Shown: positions 1-7,978 of the stretch, one piece after another
Layout: each line of letters starts with the position of its first letter
How positions within the stretch are numbered: position 1 is the first letter of the stretch
IMG/VR virus record: IMGVR_UViG_3300037760_000105
Location: 1 to 43,750 of that record
Strand: one strand, 5' to 3'
Origin: a virus
Taxonomy: Duplodnaviria; Caudoviricetes
Length of the DNA: 43,750 bases
The notes under the pieces: generated by a model
Databases searched by the model: none
What the model was told of the DNA's origin: nothing
The model's input: only the letters and a program-made list of their open reading frames with translations
Made by a program: the position numbers and the translations under genes

Positions 1-127
1 CGGGTGGATCACCCTGCTCGAGGACGAGGACGGTACGCCGGCGGCGACCATGACGTTCCGCCCCCTCGTGGCGAAGGTGGTCGGTCTCGTGGAGCGGTTC
101 CCGGACGTGCAGGCGTGTATTGACGAC
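1..127. repeat. Terminal direct repeat, copy 1 (circular assembly overlap)
   Basis: 1-127 is identical to 43624-43750; it falls inside the terminase ORF and keeps its reading frame across the join. Confidence 0.95.
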
Positions 128-448
128 TGGATCGCCGCTGAGGTCGAGAACGACCTAGCCGCAGGCGGGGTGACTGTCGTTGCCGTGCGTCAGGGCGCCA
201 AGACGATGTCCGAGCCGATGAAGGAACTCGAGAGCGCCATCCTCGACGGCCGGCTCGAGCACGACGGGTCCCCGGTCGCAGCCCTGTGCGTCGGCAACCT
301 GCAAGCCAAATCGGACGAGAACGGAAACATCCGTCCGGTGCGCGAGAACGAGTTCAAGAAGATCGACGTCGCGGTTGCGGTCATTGACGCCCTCGTGCAG
401 GCCCGGGGAGAACCCGATGAGTCGCACGTGGGCGATGTGCTCCTCTAG
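2..448 (+). CDS. terL: Terminase large subunit, C-terminal nuclease part (continues from 42296 across the circular join)
   Basis: In frame with the ORF from 42296; C-terminal 'KKIDVAVAVIDA' and 'RQGAKTMSEPMKELE' resemble HK97/lambda-like TerL. Confidence 0.9.
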   Translation, partial: GWITLLEDEDGTPAATMTFRPLVAKVVGLVERFPDVQACIDDWIAAEVENDLAAGGVTVVAVRQGAKTMSEPMKELESAILDGRLEHDGSPVAALCVGNLQAKSDENGNIRPVRENEFKKIDVAVAVIDALVQARGEPDESHVGDVLL

Positions 449-468
449 GCTCTTTCGGTAGCGACCCC

Positions 469-504
469 CTTGCGTCGCGCCGCGTCCTCGGAGATGCGGA
501 GCGG
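469..504 (+). promoter_or_regulatory. Putative late promoter motif, copy 1 (upstream of portal)
   Basis: CTTG(469)-N17-GGAGATGCGG(490-499), followed by GTG at 505; same motif and spacing at 2139, 13825 and 41360. Confidence 0.65.
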
Positions 505-539
505 GTGAACGGTACCCCGCCTCGCGGGAGCGTTATCCG

Positions 540-2288
540 ATGACTTTTCGCGCTCGGCTCGCGGCGCTATTCCGTCCGCGTGCGGCCGGTAGGCTGTCCG
601 TTGCTCCGCCCAACTGGTTCCTGCTCTCCCCCTGGCTGAAGGAAGCCGGGGTGATGGTGACGCCCGACAGCGCCGTGCAGGTCGCGGCCGTGTACGGGTG
701 CTGTCGCCTCATCGTCGATTGCCTAGCTCCGGCGCCCATTACGGTGACGGAGATCCGGCGCGGCGGGGTACGGGAGACGCTCCACGACGATCCGGTCGCG
801 TGGACACTCAACTATGGAGCCTCGGTCCGGGATGCGCCCGACGCCTTGACTCCGCAGGCCGTCGAGGAGGCGCTCTACTGGTCTGCGCTATCGGGCGACG
901 GGAACGGCTACGCGGAGATTCAGCGGGACAACGCGGGCCGCCTGTTTGCCATGTGGCCCATCGACCCGGCCCGGGTGACGCCGAAGCGCGACGAGACCGG
1001 GTTCTACTACGAGATCGCGCAGTACCAGGGCGGCCCTGGCCGGCTTGAGGCGATCGACTGTTTCCACGTCCACGGCCCTTCGCTGAAGGGGTGGGTTGGG
1101 GATTCGATCGTTTATCGCGCCGCGAAGGCCATCGGTGCGGCCCACGCCCAGCAGATTTACCGCGCCGCCTACTTCGCCAACGGAACCGTGATCGCAGGCG
1201 TCCTGACGAGCGAAAAGAACGTCACGCCGGCGCAGGCGAAACAGGCACGGGAGCGGTGGGAGGATGAGCACGGCGGCGGGCCCGGTAACGCGCATGGGCT
1301 CTCCGTGGTGGGACAAGGGTTCAAGTATCAGGCCGTCAACCATGACGCGCAGCAGGCCATGTTGGTCGAGGCGGCCCGGTTCCAGGTGCAGGAGATCGCC
1401 CGCTTCTATGGCGTTCCCACCACACTCCTCGCCGACAACGAGGCATGGACGAACCTGGGCGAGTTGTACCTGGGCTTCTATCGCAATGCACTGCGGCCGT
1501 GGGCGGAGAGGTTCGACGCGGAGGCCACGCGCAAGCTGTTCCCGCAGCGGCTGCCGTGGCGCGAAGTGCAGCACGACCTGACGCACCTGACCCTGGGATC
1601 GTTCAAGGATCAGATTGCCGCGTTGTCCCAAGCGGTGAACGACGGCATTTGGACGCGAAACGAGGCGCGCGCTGTCGTCGGCAAGAACTCCGTTCCTGGC
1701 GGCGACGTGCTGATGGTGCAGAGCACGGTCAAGCCGCTGGATCAACTCCTTGAGGAGCAGAAGACGGCTCGGCTCAACGCGCTGCCCGAGGTGTACCAGT
1801 ACCACCTTGAGCAGGGCATCCCGACAAAGAACGAGGTGCGCGAGCGGCTTGGCCTGCCGCCCGTCGAGGGCGGCGACGAGTTCACGGAGCCCGCACAAAT
1901 CAAGATCGATCGGCAGCAGGCGGACCTACAGGAGCCCGCCGATCCAGACAACGGGGCCGAACCCGAGGAGCCGCCCGACGATAAGCCGGCTCCGGTCAAT
2001 ACCCGGCCCACCCTCTCGGCGCGCGACGCGGTGACCGCCATGTTCGCGGACGCATTCGCCCGTCACGCTCGCCGCATCCGTGATGACCGTCCGCGCTCGG
2101 CCGAGGGGCTTGCCCAAGACTGCGCGGCAGCGTGGGCACTTGCAACGCGGGCCCTGCCGGGAGATGCGGCACCTATGGACCTCGCGCCATTCGCCGACGC
2201 GCTTGAGCAGGGGGAGCCGCCGGATAAGGCGGCGGAGCGGTTTGTCGAAAAACTCTGGATAGATCGCGACGGGGAGGAGGCCGCATGA
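540..2288 (+). CDS. Portal protein, HK97 family, with long C-terminal extension
   Basis: 'AVYGCCRLI', 'GNGYAEIQRD', 'MWPIDPARV', 'QEIARFYGVP', 'TRNEAR' motifs; follows terL. Confidence 0.93.
   Translation: MTFRARLAALFRPRAAGRLSVAPPNWFLLSPWLKEAGVMVTPDSAVQVAAVYGCCRLIVDCLAPAPITVTEIRRGGVRETLHDDPVAWTLNYGASVRDAPDALTPQAVEEALYWSALSGDGNGYAEIQRDNAGRLFAMWPIDPARVTPKRDETGFYYEIAQYQGGPGRLEAIDCFHVHGPSLKGWVGDSIVYRAAKAIGAAHAQQIYRAAYFANGTVIAGVLTSEKNVTPAQAKQARERWEDEHGGGPGNAHGLSVVGQGFKYQAVNHDAQQAMLVEAARFQVQEIARFYGVPTTLLADNEAWTNLGELYLGFYRNALRPWAERFDAEATRKLFPQRLPWREVQHDLTHLTLGSFKDQIAALSQAVNDGIWTRNEARAVVGKNSVPGGDVLMVQSTVKPLDQLLEEQKTARLNALPEVYQYHLEQGIPTKNEVRERLGLPPVEGGDEFTEPAQIKIDRQQADLQEPADPDNGAEPEEPPDDKPAPVNTRPTLSARDAVTAMFADAFARHARRIRDDRPRSAEGLAQDCAAAWALATRALPGDAAPMDLAPFADALEQGEPPDKAAERFVEKLWIDRDGEEAA
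2139..2174 (+). promoter_or_regulatory. Putative late promoter motif, copy 2 (inside portal 3' end, upstream of protease/capsid)
   Basis: CTTG(2139)-N17-GGAGATGCGG(2160-2169), followed by in-frame ATG at 2175. Confidence 0.55.
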
Positions 2289-3112
2289 ACAAGTGGCAGA
2301 TGCCGCGGGCTCTGGAGCGGGCCCGTGAAATCGCGATGGGCTTCCGGGGTGGAACCGCGTCCCCCGCCCTCCTCGCTGCCAAGAAGAACGACAAGGGGGA
2401 GGGGGAGCTCATCATCTACGCGCCGATCGGTCAGTCCTTCTGGGAGGAGGGCGTCACCGACAAGCAAGTGATTGAGAAACTCGAGGAACTGAAGGGCATC
2501 CGTAAGCTATCGGTGCGGATTAATTCGGAGGGCGGCTCCGTGTGGGACGGTAAGGCGATCGAAAACGCGATCCGTCGCTTCGATTGCGAGGAGAAGGTCA
2601 CATACGTTGACGGCCTAGCGGCCAGCGCCGCGACCTTCATTGCCATGGCCTGCCCGAAGGTTGTCTCTGCGCCTAACGCTACATGGATGATTCACGAGGC
2701 GGCGTGGATGGCGATCGGACGAGCATCCGATCTGCGTTCCGTCGCGGACGTACTCGACAAGGAGAACCGCACGATCGCTGAAACCTACGCGAGGAAGTGC
2801 GGAAAGTCGGTCGAAGAGTGCCTCGACATGATGGCGAAAGAGACGTGGATGAACGCCGAGGAGTCGATGGAGCACGGCTTCACCGACGAGATCGAGCACA
2901 TGGACGAGGGCGAGGGTGGGCACGAGAAGCGCCCGGAGAAGAAGAAGCACGAGGCGCGCGCCAGGACCCCCGAGGAACTGTTCGCGCAGGCATGCGCGGA
3001 CGCCGACGACCTCAAGCGACGTTTTCCCGCGGCGGGCCGCGGGCAGCAGCAACCCGGCGAGCCGGGCTCCAACGCATCGACGCCGGGTGACCGGCAGGAG
3101 AAGACGAGATGA
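2285..3112 (+). CDS. ClpP-type head maturation protease
   Basis: 'INSEGGSV', 'DGLAASAATFIAM', 'MIHEA', 'ETWMNAEE..HGFTDEI'; located between portal and capsid. Confidence 0.92.
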   Translation: MNKWQMPRALERAREIAMGFRGGTASPALLAAKKNDKGEGELIIYAPIGQSFWEEGVTDKQVIEKLEELKGIRKLSVRINSEGGSVWDGKAIENAIRRFDCEEKVTYVDGLAASAATFIAMACPKVVSAPNATWMIHEAAWMAIGRASDLRSVADVLDKENRTIAETYARKCGKSVEECLDMMAKETWMNAEESMEHGFTDEIEHMDEGEGGHEKRPEKKKHEARARTPEELFAQACADADDLKRRFPAAGRGQQQPGEPGSNASTPGDRQEKTR

Positions 3113-4449
3113 ACGCCAAGGAGGCGCTGGTCCAGAAGCGCGCGCAGGTGGCCGGTGACATGGCCGCCCTTACCGCCGCGGTGCAGGTCGACAGCCGTCC
3201 GATGAACGACGAGGAGAACGGGAAGTTCGAGGCGCTCAAGGCCGAGTACGTTGCTCTCGGGCAGAGCATCCAGAACTTCGAGTTCACCGAGCAGGTTGAG
3301 GCCGAGCAGGCGCGGCCGCAGTCGCGCGTTGTCCAGCCGGAGCCCACGGTCTCGATGACCCCGGTGCCGCAGGCCGCGGTGCAGACGTCGACCCGTCCTG
3401 CCATCACCGGCAACGTGGTCGCTCACGGGTACGAGAACCACGGGTTCAAGAAGGGCCTCGGGGAGTTCCTCCTTGCTGCCCGGAACGCCGTGACCGCGGG
3501 GCGCGTCGATCCGCGACTGATGGTCAACGCGGTCACCACGTGGGCCGGCGAGTCGGTCGGCGCGGACGGTGGCTACGCGCTGCCGCCGCAGTTCGTGCAG
3601 GGGATCATGTCGCTCGTCGCGGCCGAGGACTCGTTCATCCGGGGCCTCATGCCGTACCCGACGCAGTCCGACATCATCACCGTCCCGAAGGACGAGGACG
3701 CCCCGTGGAGCACGGCGGCGGTCACCGCGGCCAAGACGGCCGAGGGCGTCGCGATCACCGGGTCGAAGCCCGCGGTCGGGCAGCTCAAGGTCCCGATGTA
3801 CGGCGTGAAGTCGCTCGTGCACGTGGACGAGAAGTCGCTCCGGGACATGGTGTTCCTCGCGGCCTACATCGAGCGGAAGATGGCCGAGAAGATCCGCTGG
3901 AAGGTCGAGAACTACGTGATGAACGGGACGGGCGAGAACGAGCCCCTCGGCATCATCAACGCGCCCGGCCTCAACACGCTCGCCGAGGGCGACTCGACGG
4001 CGACCGCGCTTGGCGCTGGCGACATCATGAAGATGGAGGCGATGAGCCTCACGGGACCCGGCGGGTTCTGGGTTGCCCATCCGACGGCGGTTGGTCCGGT
4101 CCGCGTGCTCATCAGCGGCACCGGCGGCTATCCGCTCTACACGCCCGACTTCAAGGCGAGCCCCGGCGGCGGTCTCCTCGGGTACCCGCTTTACAAGTCG
4201 TTCGCCGCGAAGCCCCTCGACACCACCGGCGACATTCTGTTCGTGAAGCCGGACGGCTACTTCCTGGCGTTCGAGCAGGGCGGAGCGCAGAACGCGACGA
4301 CGATCGCCTTCGCGTTCGATCAGAACCTCCAGTCCTTCCGGTCGACCCTGTACATGGGCGGCGCTCCGACGCTCGCGGCGAAGGTGCTCCTGCCTGACGC
4401 GACCAACTACGTGTCCAACCTCACCGCCCTCGCTGGGAGCCGCAGCTAG
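3109..4449 (+). CDS. Major capsid protein, HK97 fold with N-terminal delta domain
   Basis: Coiled-coil N-terminus, 'ADGGYALPPQF', 'MNGTGENEPLGIIN', 'LLGYPL'; strongly biased codon usage. Confidence 0.93.
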   Translation: MNAKEALVQKRAQVAGDMAALTAAVQVDSRPMNDEENGKFEALKAEYVALGQSIQNFEFTEQVEAEQARPQSRVVQPEPTVSMTPVPQAAVQTSTRPAITGNVVAHGYENHGFKKGLGEFLLAARNAVTAGRVDPRLMVNAVTTWAGESVGADGGYALPPQFVQGIMSLVAAEDSFIRGLMPYPTQSDIITVPKDEDAPWSTAAVTAAKTAEGVAITGSKPAVGQLKVPMYGVKSLVHVDEKSLRDMVFLAAYIERKMAEKIRWKVENYVMNGTGENEPLGIINAPGLNTLAEGDSTATALGAGDIMKMEAMSLTGPGGFWVAHPTAVGPVRVLISGTGGYPLYTPDFKASPGGGLLGYPLYKSFAAKPLDTTGDILFVKPDGYFLAFEQGGAQNATTIAFAFDQNLQSFRSTLYMGGAPTLAAKVLLPDATNYVSNLTALAGSRS

Positions 4450-4473
4450 TCCGGCTGGGCAAGGAGAACAATC

Positions 4474-4929
4474 ATGGGAATCCTGACCAAGGCTCACCTC
4501 CCGCTGGTTTCGGAGACGAAGTTCAACGTGTGCAACGCCGCCGCGATCGCGGCGGGCACTGGCGCATACGGTTCCGCGACCCTCGCCGGCTCCGGCGACT
4601 GGATGCTCGGTTCCGCGCTGCCGAAGGGGCGCAAGCTCCTCGTCGTTGTCACCACGTCCACGCTCGCGAACACCCCGACCGCGCTCAAGGTTTCGCTCCA
4701 CGGCGGGGCCACTGATGCAAACGGTAGCTCTGGCACCGAGATCGCCAGCACCGTTACGGAGTGGGCCGACCCGGCCGGTGACAGCGTCTATACCGCGGAG
4801 ATCGACCTCGCCGCGGTGACGGACCTGACGAAGTACTACTCGCTCGCGCTCACGGTGAACGGCGCCGGCGCGACTCACACGCTCATCGCCGAGGCCGCCG
4901 CACTCGTCCTCGACCCGACGTTCGTCTAG
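4474..4929 (+). CDS. Putative head decoration/cement protein
   Basis: Directly after the capsid gene with a strong RBS (AAGGAG); beta-rich, Ala/Thr/Gly-rich; followed by a hairpin. Confidence 0.55.
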   Translation: MGILTKAHLPLVSETKFNVCNAAAIAAGTGAYGSATLAGSGDWMLGSALPKGRKLLVVVTTSTLANTPTALKVSLHGGATDANGSSGTEIASTVTEWADPAGDSVYTAEIDLAAVTDLTKYYSLALTVNGAGATHTLIAEAAALVLDPTFV

Positions 4930-4937
4930 CACCACGG

Positions 4938-4970
4938 GGCCGGGCCTCTTCACGGGGGCCCGGCCTTCAA
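4938..4970 (+). terminator. GC-rich stem-loop, probable partial terminator or mRNA stabiliser after the capsid genes
   Basis: GGCCGGGCCTC-TTCACG-GGGGCCCGGCC followed by a weak TTCAA tail. Confidence 0.6.
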
Positions 4971-4979
4971 TAAGAACTC

Positions 4980-5564
4980 ATGAGCGACCTGATCACCATT
5001 GACGACGTCCTCGCGGCCATCGGCCCCGATGTGCCGTTCGAGTCAAACGACGTCCTCGCTTCGCTGATCACGTCCTCGTCTCAATGGGTCCTGTCGCAGC
5101 TCGGGCGTCCGCTCATCTCGGCCGAGTACACGGAGACCCGGGACGGCAACGGCAGGGCGCGGATGCTTCTCGATCAGTGCCCGCCGACTCCCGATAGCCC
5201 CCCGATCTCAGTGACGAGCGTCACGGTTGACGGGGTCCTGATCCCGGAGCGGCCCGCGGTGTCCGCCTCGGCGACGGATCCCGACGGCTGGGTGCTGCGC
5301 AAGTACGGGATCGACCTGCGCGGCTACGCGTTCACGAAGGGCAGCCAGAACGTGACGATCGCCTACACGGTCGGATACGCGGCGTGTCCGGACGATCTCG
5401 CACAGGCAGTGATTGAACACGTCATGTTCAAGCACCGGCGCAGGACGAGCCTCGGGAGCGGCAGCGCCAGCGTCGCCGGGGACTCCGTCACCTACTCCGA
5501 CGTGGGCGTCCTCGCTGGCATCAACGACGCGATCGACCGGTACCGGGCGATGGGGGTCGGCTAG
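4980..5564 (+). CDS. Head-tail adaptor/connector protein
   Basis: 'LITIDDVLA', 'LGRPLIS..TETRDGNG', 'NVTIAYTVGY..CPDDLAQAV'; synteny. Confidence 0.8.
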   Translation: MSDLITIDDVLAAIGPDVPFESNDVLASLITSSSQWVLSQLGRPLISAEYTETRDGNGRARMLLDQCPPTPDSPPISVTSVTVDGVLIPERPAVSASATDPDGWVLRKYGIDLRGYAFTKGSQNVTIAYTVGYAACPDDLAQAVIEHVMFKHRRRTSLGSGSASVAGDSVTYSDVGVLAGINDAIDRYRAMGVG

Positions 5565-6178
5565 TGATTGACGTCCAGGTCCAGACGCTCGGCGGGCAGG
5601 GGATCGTCGAGACCTTGCAGAACGCGAGCAGCGGCCTGCGCGATGTCCTGCGCGCCGAGCTCGCCACCGCGGGCGACGAGATGGTCGCCCGGGCGCAGTC
5701 GCTCGCCCCTAAGCGCAGCGGGATCCTTCAGTCCCGGATCGTCTGGTTCTTCGGTCGCGAGATGATGCGCAGCCGCGGGCGCGGCAGGGGGAAGTACCGG
5801 GCCGTCGTTGACACGTTCTCCGCGTCCAAGCACGCGCGCAAGTCCTTCCGCTCACAGATGGAGGGCGCGATCTTCTTTACCTTCCGACCGCTGGGGCGCG
5901 TTGCGCACCTCGTTGAACGCGGAGTCAATGCGTCGTTCCACCAGCGGCCCGGGCGGCGCGGGCGGGATACGCAGCGACGGGGGCAGCGGGTGATTGGCCC
6001 GTATGCCGGAGGGGACATGCAGGGCCCCGAGTACCGGTACGCGCGCACCCTCCGGATCGCTCCGCGACCGTTCTTTCAGCCTGCGGTCGAGTCAGTGGGC
6101 GGCGCCGGCGGCGTCAACGCGCGGCTCCAGGGCGCGCTTGACCGGTTCGTCCAGCAGACCAACGCGGGGGCCGCCTAA
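5564..6178 (+). CDS. HK97 gp10-like neck/tail completion protein with Arg-rich insertions
   Basis: 'AQSLAPKRSGILQSRI', 'AHLVERG', 'IAPRPFFQPA' motifs. Confidence 0.75.
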   Translation: MIDVQVQTLGGQGIVETLQNASSGLRDVLRAELATAGDEMVARAQSLAPKRSGILQSRIVWFFGREMMRSRGRGRGKYRAVVDTFSASKHARKSFRSQMEGAIFFTFRPLGRVAHLVERGVNASFHQRPGRRGRDTQRRGQRVIGPYAGGDMQGPEYRYARTLRIAPRPFFQPAVESVGGAGGVNARLQGALDRFVQQTNAGAA

Positions 6179-6657
6179 TGGCCCTCGACGTTGAGGCGAT
6201 CTGGGTGGACCTGTTCGCGCGGCTCTCGGCCAACGTCGAGGGCGTCCGCACGTTCTCGAGGCGCCGCATTCAGGAGCCGTCCCCGGAGCAGTGCCCGGTG
6301 TTGATGCTGCTCGACGACAGCGGCGACGAGGTGGCGAGCGACAACGAGGGGCTGCCTCCGCTCTGGAGCCTCGGCGGCGAGATCGTGATCGTCACTCGCA
6401 ACCACCCGCTGACGGACACGCTGGCCGTGACCGCGCTTAACGCGATCATCAAGTCGGTGCGAACCGCGCTCGAGCGCACGCCCACGGACACGGCGGGGAC
6501 CGGCCCGTTCTACGGGGGCGGACACGTCCAGCACTACACGAACCTCGGCGGCAAGCTGCGGCTGCTCCGGATTGCGCGCGTCGAGAAGGGCTCGCTCGGG
6601 GAGAACTCCGGGCAGGCGGTGGCGAAACTCACGCTGGACATGGAGGCGCTCGGGTAG
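6178..6657 (+). CDS. Putative tail terminator protein
   Basis: Position between gp10-like gene and tail tube; acidic, 159 aa. Confidence 0.6.
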   Translation: MALDVEAIWVDLFARLSANVEGVRTFSRRRIQEPSPEQCPVLMLLDDSGDEVASDNEGLPPLWSLGGEIVIVTRNHPLTDTLAVTALNAIIKSVRTALERTPTDTAGTGPFYGGGHVQHYTNLGGKLRLLRIARVEKGSLGENSGQAVAKLTLDMEALG

Positions 6658-6672
6658 AGCGAGGAGAAACGC

Positions 6673-7404
6673 ATGGGCTACCACAGGAGCTTTTTCGGAA
6701 TCGGTTACGTGACGGCGATCCCGTCCGGCGCGACCCCCACGCCGATCAACCTCGCGATCGTGAGGGGCGCCACGGTCGAGTTCAAGAGCACAGAGAAGCC
6801 GCTGATGGGCAACAAGCTCGCCGCGGTGGATAGCGCCACCACGGACGTGTCGATCACCGGGAAGATCCAGACGACCGACTTCGATGCGCGGCTCGTCGGG
6901 CTCGTCATCCCGGGGACCACTACGGCGAGCGGTCAGACGAAGGCGGCTACGCACTCGGCGGCCATCCCCACTACCCCGTTCCAAATCACGGTCACGAATA
7001 GCGCGACATGGGTGACGGACCTCGGGGTCGTGAACCTGACGGACGGAACGGTCATGACCCGCGGGGCCGCCGCGGCGGAGGGCGTCTACACCTGCGCTGC
7101 CGGCGTCTACACGTTCGACACCTCCGACGCCGCAGACTCCGTCGCCATCTCGTACACGTACACCGCCACGAGCGGGACCACGCTGACCGCGACGAACCAG
7201 ACGAGCGGCGCGACGGCGGGCTACGCCCTCCGCCTGTTCGATCCTCCCGGCGGCACGCGCGAGAACGGGATCTATCTGCCGGCCGTGAAGTTCTCGAACC
7301 TGTCGCTGGGCATGAAGATCGACGACTGGACCGAGACGTCCCTCGACTTCACCGCATTTGAGGACGCTACCGGGAACCTCTTCTACACCTACGGGAACGA
7401 GTAA
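6673..7404 (+). CDS. Major tail tube protein
   Basis: Strong RBS GAGGAG; 'FGIGYV', 'SNLSLGMKIDDWTETSLDFTAFED..GN'; Thr-rich; precedes chaperone and TMP. Confidence 0.8.
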   Translation: MGYHRSFFGIGYVTAIPSGATPTPINLAIVRGATVEFKSTEKPLMGNKLAAVDSATTDVSITGKIQTTDFDARLVGLVIPGTTTASGQTKAATHSAAIPTTPFQITVTNSATWVTDLGVVNLTDGTVMTRGAAAAEGVYTCAAGVYTFDTSDAADSVAISYTYTATSGTTLTATNQTSGATAGYALRLFDPPGGTRENGIYLPAVKFSNLSLGMKIDDWTETSLDFTAFEDATGNLFYTYGNE

Positions 7405-7406
7405 CC

Positions 7407-7742
7407 ATGATCCTCGGGACCAAGGTCACGCTGCGCACCGGCAAGGAGTACGAGGTACCGTCGCTCTCGTTCGGCGACGTGCGGCGGTTCAAGAAGGACG
7501 GCACGCTTGACAGGGTGCCGTTGAACGGACTGACCGTCATGGCTGGCAGCGAGGAGATCCAGGACGCGGCGATCACCGTTCTGCACGCCGCGCTCCTCGC
7601 CAACTACCCCGATCTGAAGCGCGAGGAGGTCGAGGCGGAGCTCGACCTTGGGAACACGGAGCGCGCCATGGAGGCCGTCATGGCGACGTCTGGCCTCAAG
7701 CGGCGGGAGGGCGACGGCGGCCCGGAAGGCAAGACCCCGTAG
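7407..7742 (+). CDS. Tail assembly chaperone (gpG-like)
   Basis: Between tail tube and TMP; 'LLANYPDLKREEVEAELDLGN'. Confidence 0.75.
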   Translation: MILGTKVTLRTGKEYEVPSLSFGDVRRFKKDGTLDRVPLNGLTVMAGSEEIQDAAITVLHAALLANYPDLKREEVEAELDLGNTERAMEAVMATSGLKRREGDGGPEGKTP

Positions 7743-7774
7743 AGGCGGACGAGAACCTCCGTCGCCTGCGGGTC

Positions 7775-7978
7775 ATGATAGCGCGGGACCTTCACACGCT
7801 CCCGCACGAGGTCGATCGGATGCCGTTCGTTGACGCCCGGGACATCGCCGACGACATGATCGAGCATCCGCCTGCGCACATCCTCGCCAGCGCGGGGCTT
7901 CCGAAACGTCGCAACGCGCCAATGACCACCGCGCAGCTCGCCAAGAACTTCGGCGGCAAGGTGGTGAAGCGTGGCTAG
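7775..7978 (+). CDS. Tail assembly chaperone, second ORF (gpT-like; possibly a -1 frameshift extension)
   Basis: In the -1 frame relative to 7407-7742 and open across its stop codon; 'LPHEVDRMPF...EHPP'. Confidence 0.55.
   Translation: MIARDLHTLPHEVDRMPFVDARDIADDMIEHPPAHILASAGLPKRRNAPMTTAQLAKNFGGKVVKRG

Noticed and set aside
2785-4953. 722-aa antisense ORF over the capsid genes, and similar long shadow ORFs (888-1898, 19788-21056, 18054-19226)
   Set aside because: Expected by-product of high GC and strong codon bias; Arg-rich sequence with no motifs, overlapping well-supported genes.
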